From: an uncultured virus (IMG/VR IMGVR_UViG_3300031784_002630)
Lineage: Duplodnaviria > Heunggongvirae > Uroviricota > Caudoviricetes
Virus record (IMG/VR): IMGVR_UViG_3300031784_002630
Span: 53,331-73,330 of that record
Direction: 5' to 3' (one strand)
DNA length: 20,000 bases
Both the position numbers and the translations under genes were made by a program. Position 1 is the first letter of the stretch. Every line of letters starts with the position of its first letter. Positions 1-8,616 of the stretch are shown in pieces. Below the pieces are notes generated by a model. The model was not told the DNA's origin. It was given only the letters and a program-made list of their open reading frames with translations, and did no database searches.

Positions 1-165
1 ATGATTGGTTCATGGTGGATTGCGGTACCTGATACAATGGAGTTAACATTTATTAATGATAGATTGTTTGAAGCATTTCATTTTGATAGAGGTCAATGGC
101 CAACAGAATTGGATATGCCAAATAATCCAGAACTTCAAGATTTTCCATTAGTTTGGATATGTTAA
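1..165 (+). CDS. Probable C-terminal fragment of a hypothetical protein (5' end probably outside the window)
   Basis: Frame 1 is open from base 1 (MIGSWWIAVPDTMELTF...FPLVWIC) to TAA at 163-165, co-oriented and 23 bp upstream of the operon. Confidence 0.55.
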   Translation: MIGSWWIAVPDTMELTFINDRLFEAFHFDRGQWPTELDMPNNPELQDFPLVWIC

Positions 166-188
166 TTTGATTTATTATTATTTAATTT

Positions 189-1202
189 ATGAGAAAAATT
201 TGGCATACAAGAAACGAATTTTTATGGAACGTACCAGCTCAAGAAGTTGGAGATGCGGTATACTTTGATTTGTCAGAATGTTATTCAATGGGCGATGCTC
301 TTTGTTCAACCCCCACTATTAAAAAAGTTTCAGAAGCATATGGTTGTAAGTTAAATCTAATTACGAAACATCCTGAATTGTTTAAACACAATCCATATAT
401 TAAAAACACTTATCGTCCCGATTCAATTAACTTTGACTACCTAAGAGAAAACTTCCTAATCCATAGTTCTTTCTATAATGTTGGTAGACAAAATGATAAA
501 GGAGTTCAGTCAAAACATGCTAGAATTGATATTCGTCAATTCCATGCCATGAATTTAGGTTTTAACTTATTACCCACTGAAATGGAATGTGAATATTATT
601 CAGACCCATTTGAACCTATTGAAGGTTTACCTGAAAAATATGTATTGATACATCCAGCAACCACGTGGCAATCTCGTACTTGGGATTTTGATAAATGGCA
701 ATCAGTAACAACCAAATTAAATGAAATGGGAATTGCTGTTGTTTCAATTGGTAAAGACACAGATGAAGTTGGTTTTTGGCATATTGAAAAGAAAGGATTT
801 GATATTGATATTAAATTAGGGTTGAACTTAATGAATCAAACAAATATCTCTCAGGCTTGGCATTTAATTCAAAATTCAATTTGTTTTATAACAATGGATT
901 CAGGATTGTTACACTTGGCAGGTACAACAGACGCTCACATTATTCAACTTGGTTCTTCAATTAACCCATATTGGAGGATTCCATATAGAAAAAACTCACA
1001 ACAATATAAGTTTCATTATGTTGGTGGTGGTTGTGATATATTTTGTGCTTCAGAATTAAAATATGGTATTGAGGAGTGGGGTTCAATTCAAGGTGTTGCA
1101 CCTTTGATTAATTGTTTAGAGAAAAAAGAAACTTTTGAATGTCATCCGAGTGATGAACAAATTTTCAAAAAAGTAATAGAAATTTATGGAACAGGAAATT
1201 AA
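189..1202 (+). CDS. GT9-family (ADP-heptose transferase-like, GT-B) glycosyltransferase with C-terminal Cys cluster
   Basis: GT9 motifs SMGDALCSTPTIK, YVLIHPATTWQSRTW and FITMDSGLLHLAG; C-terminal CDIFC...C...FEC. Confidence 0.85.
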   Translation: MRKIWHTRNEFLWNVPAQEVGDAVYFDLSECYSMGDALCSTPTIKKVSEAYGCKLNLITKHPELFKHNPYIKNTYRPDSINFDYLRENFLIHSSFYNVGRQNDKGVQSKHARIDIRQFHAMNLGFNLLPTEMECEYYSDPFEPIEGLPEKYVLIHPATTWQSRTWDFDKWQSVTTKLNEMGIAVVSIGKDTDEVGFWHIEKKGFDIDIKLGLNLMNQTNISQAWHLIQNSICFITMDSGLLHLAGTTDAHIIQLGSSINPYWRIPYRKNSQQYKFHYVGGGCDIFCASELKYGIEEWGSIQGVAPLINCLEKKETFECHPSDEQIFKKVIEIYGTGN

Positions 1203-2376
1203 AATAAAAGTAGATTTTCATCTTGGCGCCAAAGTTGAGATTGTTGGTGTTCCCGATAAGGAATATCCTGAAGATGAAACTTATGAAGTTTTATTCTTAG
1301 ATAATAAAACAAATAAACTTTTACATTCAGACACTTTAAAACCAAATTATTGGACAAAAACCGCAATCAATTATTATGTTGAATGGAAAGTGGTTGTTAT
1401 GAAAAATGGTTTGGGAATTATTCATGAGGAAGTTTTAGATTTAAAAGATAAAGATGTATTAATCGCAATTACAAACACACCAATTGGTGATAATTTGGCT
1501 TGGGTTGAATATGTTAAAGAATTTGGTAAAATTCATAATTGTAATATTACATTCCAAACTTTTATTCCTTCAATATTTGAAAAATCTTATAGTGATTTTA
1601 CAATTGTTCGTGGTGATACTTACGAATTTAATGATTCTAAATTTTACGCAACTTATAAAATATCATACGGCATTCCAAATGAAGAACATATCAATTTACG
1701 TAAGTTATTATTTAAGAAAAAATATCTTCATTTTGATGACTTAACATATTGGAAAAAAAATGAATCACCGTATCATCCATCATTAATCCCTCTTCAACAT
1801 TTTGCACCATCAGTACTTGGTTTAGAATTAAAAGAGATGAGACCTCATTTAATTTGTGAAAATAATGAAAGACCAATTCAAAAAAAATATGTCTGTATTT
1901 CTGAATTTGCGTCAGGTGAAATTAAACAATGGAATAATAAAGTTGGTTGGCAAACTTTAGTAAATGAATTAACTTCATTAGGTTATGAGGTGGTTTCAAT
2001 TTCAAAAGAAAAAACTGACTTAAAAAAAGTTACAAAAAGAAATGGTAATTTACCATTAACTGACCGTATGTGGTATCTACATCATTGTGAGTTTTTTATT
2101 GGTGTGAGTTCAGGTCTTGCTTGGTTAGCATGGGCATGTGGTAGAAAAGTAGTTATGATTTCTGGTGTGACAAAAGCAACCAATGAATTTACTGAAGATT
2201 GTATAAGAGTAATCAATGAAGATGTTTGTCATGGTTGTTGGAACTCTGAAAAACATGCCGATAAATTTACTGTGTTTGAAAAAACATTATGTCCCGAAAA
2301 TAAAAACTGGGAGTGTTCAAGAAAAATATCACCAAAAATGGTAATTGATAAAATAAAAGAAAATAATTTAATATGA
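1186..2376 (+). CDS. Aah/TibC-like autotransporter O-heptosyltransferase homolog (standalone)
   Basis: N-terminal DFHLGAKVEI beta-domain, then PIGDNLAW (catalytic Asp), YATYKI, YVCISE..EIKQWNNKVGW, FFIGVSSGLAWLAWA, VVMISG..NEF and CHGCWN...CP...WEC. This is colinear with E. coli TibC/Aah as I recall it. Confidence 0.85.
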   Translation: MEQEIKIKVDFHLGAKVEIVGVPDKEYPEDETYEVLFLDNKTNKLLHSDTLKPNYWTKTAINYYVEWKVVVMKNGLGIIHEEVLDLKDKDVLIAITNTPIGDNLAWVEYVKEFGKIHNCNITFQTFIPSIFEKSYSDFTIVRGDTYEFNDSKFYATYKISYGIPNEEHINLRKLLFKKKYLHFDDLTYWKKNESPYHPSLIPLQHFAPSVLGLELKEMRPHLICENNERPIQKKYVCISEFASGEIKQWNNKVGWQTLVNELTSLGYEVVSISKEKTDLKKVTKRNGNLPLTDRMWYLHHCEFFIGVSSGLAWLAWACGRKVVMISGVTKATNEFTEDCIRVINEDVCHGCWNSEKHADKFTVFEKTLCPENKNWECSRKISPKMVIDKIKENNLI

Positions 2377-3017
2377 CGGATTTTAATAATATAAATTGTA
2401 CTATAAACTTTGTTGACGGTGTTTTTATTAACATATGGGATACTTGGAGTCACAGGTATCTTGTTGAGGTTTATGAAAATTACGGAAATGATTGGGCGTT
2501 GGTCAATCATAACATAATGTCCCCCGAAAATTGGTTTGTACATTTAGGTAAAAAATTTAGAAATCAGTGGAGAGTTAAAATTTGGGGTTGGAAAAATAAC
2601 TATCCAGTATTAGTTACTCAACATACATTTAATGAATCAGATAAAGAAGTAGCCTTAACATTTGATACTGACTCATATAAAGAGTCATGTACGTGGGCAG
2701 AACAATCAATTGATTATCGAGATAAAGTAAGAACAAATCTTACAATATATTCAAAATTTTCAGACAGATTATCACAACAATATGTTGATTCTAAAATAAC
2801 ATTCTTACCTTTAACCGACATTAGTAGATTAAATACAAAATACTATTCAAGATTTAAAATTGGTAGGTTTAACATTAAACGAGAATCTTTAGGTGAATGG
2901 GGAAGTGGTTTTTTATTTTGTAGTAACCATACAAAACCAAACGTATCATCAGAACATAAAAATAACTGGTTACCATTTAACTCAAGAGAACTTTTTAACG
3001 ATATAATGAATTTATGA
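2373..3017 (+). CDS. Truncated TibC-like paralog (N-terminal beta-domain plus degenerate first Rossmann half; probably non-catalytic)
   Basis: INFVDGVFINI...NWFVHLGKKFRNQWRVKI...DKEVALTFDTDS...YYSRFKIG aligns by eye with the N-terminal halves of the 1186 and 12691 TibC-like domains. It lacks the GD motif and the whole C-terminal half. Confidence 0.65.
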   Translation: MTDFNNINCTINFVDGVFINIWDTWSHRYLVEVYENYGNDWALVNHNIMSPENWFVHLGKKFRNQWRVKIWGWKNNYPVLVTQHTFNESDKEVALTFDTDSYKESCTWAEQSIDYRDKVRTNLTIYSKFSDRLSQQYVDSKITFLPLTDISRLNTKYYSRFKIGRFNIKRESLGEWGSGFLFCSNHTKPNVSSEHKNNWLPFNSRELFNDIMNL

Positions 3018-4597
3018 GTACAATTATAGGAATACATCACGGAGGTCACGATTCATCAGTTGCATTAGTAATTGATGGTAAATTAGTTTGTGCTATTGAA
3101 GAAGAAAAATTAACAGGTATTAAAGCAATACATAGTTATTGGGCACACCCAATTAAAGGTTTAGAGTTCATTGAAAAGAACTTTGGTGTTACATTGGAAA
3201 ATTGTGACCATGTTGCTTTTGCATTACCAAAACACTATAAGATTGAAGATGATAACATATGTTTAATTGATAAAACAACTAGTTATTCACACCATAAATG
3301 TCATGCTTTAGGAGCATATTTTACATCAGGATTTGAGGGTAAAGTATTGGCTGTGAGTCATGATGGTCAAGGTAATAGAAGTAGAGGAAAAGTTTACTTA
3401 TGTGACAATGGTGACTATGAAGTTGTTAGTTCACAAAACGTTCCAACAACCACATCATTAGCTGGTTTGTGGGGAAGAGTAACCGTATTACTTGGTTGGC
3501 AGATGTTTAAAGATGAAGGTAAAGTCGTTGGTATGGCATCTCATGGTAAATACAATGAAATGTTGTACAACTATCTTAAACACATTATAAAATATAATGG
3601 TGACTTAACATTTGGACCATCAAATTCTGAAACATTGTTTGATTTTATTTTTGTTGATAAATTAAAAAATTCAGGTTATTTTGATTCTGAAGAAAATAGA
3701 AATGACTTAGCATTTTGTTTAGAAAAACACACCGAAGAATTAATGTGGCAATATCTTAGAGATTTGAAATCCAGATATCCTGATTATAATAAAGTAACAT
3801 TTAATGGTGGTTTATTTGCTAACGTAAAATTAAATCAATCCATCAATAGTTTTAATTTCTTTGAGGAGATTTACATACACCCTTCAATGGGTGATGGTGG
3901 TTTGTCTACCGGTGCTGCGTTGTGTAAAGCAAATGAACTTGGTGAATTGTTATTACCACTTAAATTAGATAATGTATTTTTTGGTTCAGAATTTAATGGT
4001 GACGATTGGATGTCAGAAATAAATAACTATCCAGGTCAAATTTATTTTGAACCTTCTTCACATAGTAGAGTTGCCGAATTAATAGATGAAGGAAAAGTTG
4101 TTGGTTTATTTTATGGTAAAACAGAGTATGGTCCAAGAGCGTTAGGTAATAGAAGTATTGTTACTAGACCTACCGACACCAAAACACACGTATTGTTAAA
4201 TAAAAAATTAAGACGTAATGAAATTATGCCATTTGCACCAAGTGTGTTAAAAGAACATATTAATACTATCTTTCACGCAGATAGGTCACTATACGCAGCA
4301 GAATTTATGACATTGTGTTATGACACCAGAAAAGAATGGGTTGATAAGATTCCAGCAGTTATTCATCCAAAGGATAAAACTGCAAGACCTCAAGCTGTTG
4401 ATAAAAATAATAACCCAAATTTTCATAGTATCATATCAGAATACTATAAGTTATCCGATATTCCTGTTGTATTAAACACATCATTTAATGCTCACGGGGA
4501 ACCAATCAATAACTACCCAAGTCAAGTTATAAAACATTTACTTGAAGGTTGTGTTGATTATATTGCTACAGAACATTTTATTTTTAGTAAGCTATAA
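3014..4597 (+). CDS. O-carbamoyltransferase, NodU/CmcH/TobZ family
   Basis: HDSSVAL, EEK, HHKCHA, DGQG, EGKVVGMASHG, GGLFANVKLN, GDGGLSTGAA, EYGPRALGNRSI, PFAPSV, TARPQ, LNTSFNAHGEPI. Confidence 0.95.
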   Translation: MSTIIGIHHGGHDSSVALVIDGKLVCAIEEEKLTGIKAIHSYWAHPIKGLEFIEKNFGVTLENCDHVAFALPKHYKIEDDNICLIDKTTSYSHHKCHALGAYFTSGFEGKVLAVSHDGQGNRSRGKVYLCDNGDYEVVSSQNVPTTTSLAGLWGRVTVLLGWQMFKDEGKVVGMASHGKYNEMLYNYLKHIIKYNGDLTFGPSNSETLFDFIFVDKLKNSGYFDSEENRNDLAFCLEKHTEELMWQYLRDLKSRYPDYNKVTFNGGLFANVKLNQSINSFNFFEEIYIHPSMGDGGLSTGAALCKANELGELLLPLKLDNVFFGSEFNGDDWMSEINNYPGQIYFEPSSHSRVAELIDEGKVVGLFYGKTEYGPRALGNRSIVTRPTDTKTHVLLNKKLRRNEIMPFAPSVLKEHINTIFHADRSLYAAEFMTLCYDTRKEWVDKIPAVIHPKDKTARPQAVDKNNNPNFHSIISEYYKLSDIPVVLNTSFNAHGEPINNYPSQVIKHLLEGCVDYIATEHFIFSKL

Positions 4598-6558
4598 TGA
4601 ATAACAAGGAAAAACTATTATTTTTTACACCTCACTTATCAACAGGTGGATTACCTCAAGTATTGGTAAATAAAATTTCTTTATTAAAAGATGAATATGA
4701 TATTTTATGTGTTGAACACCATAATCATGCGTGGTTATTTAATGTACAAAGAAATAGAGTATTGGAACTTATTGGTGAAGACAAATTGATTACATTAGAT
4801 GATAGTAGAAGAAAAGAACACTTCACTGAATTACTAACATCGTTTGACCCTGATTTAGTATGTTTAGAAGAATTTCCTGAATATTTTTTAGAGGATGAAA
4901 TAACTGCGGTTGTTTATAACAAACAAAGAAAATATAAAGTATTTGAAACTACGCACGATTCATCATTTCCTGTTCAAAATAAAAGATGGTTTCCTGATAA
5001 ATTTTTATTTGTTAGTCCTTTTAACGCTTTCAGATATTCAGTATATGATATACCATACGAAGTTATTGAATACCCTGTTGATTTCAAATCAAGAGACCAA
5101 GAAAAATATAAAGAATTACTCGGTCTTGAAAAAGATTGTATACACATTGTAAATGTTGGTTTATTTACCCAAAGAAAAAATCAGGGTTATTTGTTTGAAA
5201 TTGCTCGTAAATTACAAGGTCATAAATTTAGATTTCACTTCTTAGGTAATCAAGCTGGTAATTTTAAAGATTATTGGGAACCTTTAATGAATAACAAACC
5301 TGATAACTGTATTGTTTGGGGTGAAAGACATGATGTCTATAACTTTTTACAAGCGGCTGATTTATTCTTCTTCGCATCAAAAGGTGACCGAAATAATAAA
5401 GAATTAAATCCAATTGCAATTAAAGAAGCGTTGGAATATAAAATGCCAATGATGATGTTTAATTTAGATGTTTACTGTGGTAAATATGACATTTATGATA
5501 ACATCACATATCTTACTGGAGATATAAACCAGGATACAAACTTACTACTTAAAAAATTTAACATGGATAATTTACAAAACTTAATGCACATCAGCTACGA
5601 AAAAGATGAAAACAAAATCAATATTTTTTACAGTGGTTACGACCCAATTGATTATAAAGTATCGTTCAAATGTTTAACATCGGGAGCACCAATGTATTGG
5701 ATGAATTTTAAAGCCGACTCACCTTTGGGTTGGTTTGTAATACCAATACCTCAACATATCATAAAGTTCCATCAATTGGCAACTTTTAGAGGTTTCTCAC
5801 TTGATTTTTATGACCAAAATGACAATTTAAAATACAGTCACGAAATTGTTGTAAATGATATTTTTCCAAGATTACCTAAAGTAAATTTTGAACCATTTGA
5901 TTGTTCATTCAGGAATTATATAGAATTCTTTAGTGATGACATTTACGGTAGTTTTAACCTAAATGATATGGATACGGTAATTGATGTTGGTGCTAATATT
6001 GGTTTATTTGCTAAGTACATGTACGCTAAAGACGCTAAAAAAGTTATTTTAGTTGAAGCGAATCCTTTATTGGATAAAAATATTAAAACAGTTTTAGGTT
6101 CTGATTATGAAAAATCACCGGTCTATTTAGCACCTTTAACAGGTAAGAAACAAAACATAAAGTTTCATTACTCAACAAAAAATTCAACAATTGGTACTCA
6201 TACTTTTGATAACTCAAATCCATCGTACAGTGATTTAGATTCAACTATGGACTTAGAAACCATAACATTTGATGAGATTGTTAACGAAAATAATTTAACA
6301 AATATTTCATTATTTAAATGTGATATTGAGGGTGGTGAATATGAGTTAATTGAATCATTAACTGATGAACAAATGAATATGATTGAAAAGTTTATTATTG
6401 AGTTTCATGGTAATAATAATGGTGAATTGATACCAATGGTGGATAAGTTAACTAAATTTGGATTTGAATGTGAATTATTCACACTACATATGACTCGTAA
6501 AGATAGGGTTAGTGTTAATGAACCTCACGGTGTTTTAATCACTAAAAGAAAAAAATAA
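4597..6558 (+). CDS. Fusion: GT4-like (GT-B) glycosyltransferase + beta-rich linker domain + FkbM-family methyltransferase
   Basis: N-terminal part has PHLSTGGLPQ, VGLFTQRKNQ and ADLFFFAS...ELNPIAIKEAL. C-terminal part has VIDVGANIGLF, LVEAN, FKCDIEGGE and IIEFH. Confidence 0.88.
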   Translation: MNNKEKLLFFTPHLSTGGLPQVLVNKISLLKDEYDILCVEHHNHAWLFNVQRNRVLELIGEDKLITLDDSRRKEHFTELLTSFDPDLVCLEEFPEYFLEDEITAVVYNKQRKYKVFETTHDSSFPVQNKRWFPDKFLFVSPFNAFRYSVYDIPYEVIEYPVDFKSRDQEKYKELLGLEKDCIHIVNVGLFTQRKNQGYLFEIARKLQGHKFRFHFLGNQAGNFKDYWEPLMNNKPDNCIVWGERHDVYNFLQAADLFFFASKGDRNNKELNPIAIKEALEYKMPMMMFNLDVYCGKYDIYDNITYLTGDINQDTNLLLKKFNMDNLQNLMHISYEKDENKINIFYSGYDPIDYKVSFKCLTSGAPMYWMNFKADSPLGWFVIPIPQHIIKFHQLATFRGFSLDFYDQNDNLKYSHEIVVNDIFPRLPKVNFEPFDCSFRNYIEFFSDDIYGSFNLNDMDTVIDVGANIGLFAKYMYAKDAKKVILVEANPLLDKNIKTVLGSDYEKSPVYLAPLTGKKQNIKFHYSTKNSTIGTHTFDNSNPSYSDLDSTMDLETITFDEIVNENNLTNISLFKCDIEGGEYELIESLTDEQMNMIEKFIIEFHGNNNGELIPMVDKLTKFGFECELFTLHMTRKDRVSVNEPHGVLITKRKK

Positions 6559-7400
6559 TGAATATTTTTTCATTAAATAGTGTTAACAATAAGGTTACTT
6601 TTAGAACTCACGGTGTTTCTAAAGTAATAAATGATGATGAATTTCCATTAAATGTGTATTTTTCAAAATACATTAATGACGAAATTGTTTGGAAATCAAC
6701 CGCAAATGACAATTGGTTTGTAGATTACAACGATTTTAATTTTAAGAATATTACTGTAACCACTAAATCAGGTAAAACTATTTTTGAGGAAAGGTTCATA
6801 CCAAATAAACAAGATTTTTTACACCAAATATTCTTAACATATTGTTCATCAAACCCTAATAATGTTGGTTTGGCTATAGGAACACATGATGGTGAATATG
6901 GTGAATGGGTACAATCTGTTAAAGAAGGACACACAAACGCAATTCTTGTTGAAGCGTCTGATAAACAATTTAATGGTTTAATAAACAATTATAAATCAAT
7001 TAACAACGTTAAACTAATTCAGTCTTTAATAACACCAAATGGGGATGAAGTTTCTTTCTATGAAAGTGAATCAGGTTATTTTAATTCAACAGATATTAAT
7101 CATTTTGAAAAATTTAATATTACAGATATTGTTGAAACAAGAAAAACATCAATATCGTTAAAAGATTTAATTATAAATAATTTTGATACTAAACCTTTTT
7201 GGATGCACTTAGATGTTGAGGGGTTAGACGCTAAATTAATTTTATCGTTAAAAAATAATACCCATCTGTTATCTGATTTTATTATTTTTGAAAACTCAAA
7301 TATTACTGATGAAGATAATGATGAGGTAAATAATTTTTTATTATCTTTAGGGTATGAACTATTTAATTACGATATTTCAACATTAGCAATTAAAAATTAA
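6558..7400 (+). CDS. FkbM-like (Methyltransf_21) SAM methyltransferase with N-terminal beta-domain
   Basis: IGTHDGEYGE, ILVEAS, HLDVEGLD and IIFEN motifs. Confidence 0.75.
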   Translation: MNIFSLNSVNNKVTFRTHGVSKVINDDEFPLNVYFSKYINDEIVWKSTANDNWFVDYNDFNFKNITVTTKSGKTIFEERFIPNKQDFLHQIFLTYCSSNPNNVGLAIGTHDGEYGEWVQSVKEGHTNAILVEASDKQFNGLINNYKSINNVKLIQSLITPNGDEVSFYESESGYFNSTDINHFEKFNITDIVETRKTSISLKDLIINNFDTKPFWMHLDVEGLDAKLILSLKNNTHLLSDFIIFENSNITDEDNDEVNNFLLSLGYELFNYDISTLAIKN

Positions 7401-7402
7401 AT

Positions 7403-8047
7403 ATGGCAAACGGAGTTTATAAAATAACAGATGACTTTGAAAAAGAACTTGGTAGATATACTGGAGCACCTTATGTTGTTACATTAGATAACATGAGTAA
7501 CGCATTATTTTTAGCATTGTATTATGAAAAAAATATAACCAAATCAATTCAAAGTGAAAAAATATCAATACCAAATAGAACATATCCTTCAGTTCCTTGT
7601 GAAATAATACACGCAGGATTAAAAGTTGATTTTATACCTGTTGATGGAAAAACAATTAAAGGTTCTTATCAATTAATTGGTTCAAATGTTTGGGATTCAG
7701 CATTGTCATTTACTGCTGACATGTATAAACCAAATAGTCACATGTGTATTTCATTTACAGGACCATATAAACACTTTAAACTAAGTAAAGGTGGTGCAAT
7801 ACTAACAGATAGTTTAGATGCGTATCACTGGTTTAAACGAGCAAGATATAGTGGTAGACGTGAATGTTCATATCATGATGATAACTTGGATATGTTAGGT
7901 TGGAACTTTTATATGATGCCTGAGTTAGCAACACGTGGTTTACTACTAATGAATCAATTCTATAATATTGATGGTACTAAAAAACAAAATAATGATTTAG
8001 AATTACCATATCCTGATTTATCAAAATTTGAAATTTATAAACAATGA
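7403..8047 (+). CDS. Short DegT/DnrJ/EryC1/StrS-family PLP sugar aminotransferase
   Basis: FEKELGRYTGAPYVV, SNALFLAL, WDSA, SFTGPYKHF..KGGAILTD (candidate PLP Lys) and GWNFYM; only 214 aa. Confidence 0.8.
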   Translation: MANGVYKITDDFEKELGRYTGAPYVVTLDNMSNALFLALYYEKNITKSIQSEKISIPNRTYPSVPCEIIHAGLKVDFIPVDGKTIKGSYQLIGSNVWDSALSFTADMYKPNSHMCISFTGPYKHFKLSKGGAILTDSLDAYHWFKRARYSGRRECSYHDDNLDMLGWNFYMMPELATRGLLLMNQFYNIDGTKKQNNDLELPYPDLSKFEIYKQ

Positions 8048-8616
8048 TTAAAGTTTTAGTTGGTAATGGTGGTCACGCTCGTGAAGTTATGTCACAAATG
8101 GGTGTTAAATTAAAAAGATTTGTTGATGACGAATATGTTAACTCAGATACATTACCATTATCTTCATTACAACCTGATAAACATGTTGTAATGGTTGCAG
8201 TTGCAAACTCTAAAGATAGATACGATATAATACAAAGATTACCAAAAAACACAAAATATTTTACATTCATACATCCCACAGCTATTATCATGGATGATGT
8301 AGAAATTGGTGATGGTAGTTTTATTGGTGCTTATTCAATATTAACAACTAATATTAAATTAGGTTCACACACATTATTAAATCGTAGTAACCATATTGGT
8401 CATGATTGTATCATTGGTGATTATTTTAGTGCAATGCCAGGTTCTATTGTTTCAGGAAATGTCACAATAGGTGATAAAGTTTATTTAGGAACTAATTCAT
8501 CAATTAAAGAAAAATTATCAGTTGTTGATAATGTAACAATAGGTTTAAACACTGGTATTGTTAAAAACATTAATAAAGAAGGAATTTACGTTGGAGCAAA
8601 TACAAGAATGTTATGA
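8044..8616 (+). CDS. NeuD/PglD-family sugar acetyltransferase (left-handed beta-helix)
   Basis: GNGGHAREV N-terminus, IHPTA, hexapeptide repeats (IGDGSFIGA, IGDKVYLG) and HIGHDC catalytic His. Confidence 0.9.
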   Translation: MIKVLVGNGGHAREVMSQMGVKLKRFVDDEYVNSDTLPLSSLQPDKHVVMVAVANSKDRYDIIQRLPKNTKYFTFIHPTAIIMDDVEIGDGSFIGAYSILTTNIKLGSHTLLNRSNHIGHDCIIGDYFSAMPGSIVSGNVTIGDKVYLGTNSSIKEKLSVVDNVTIGLNTGIVKNINKEGIYVGANTRML

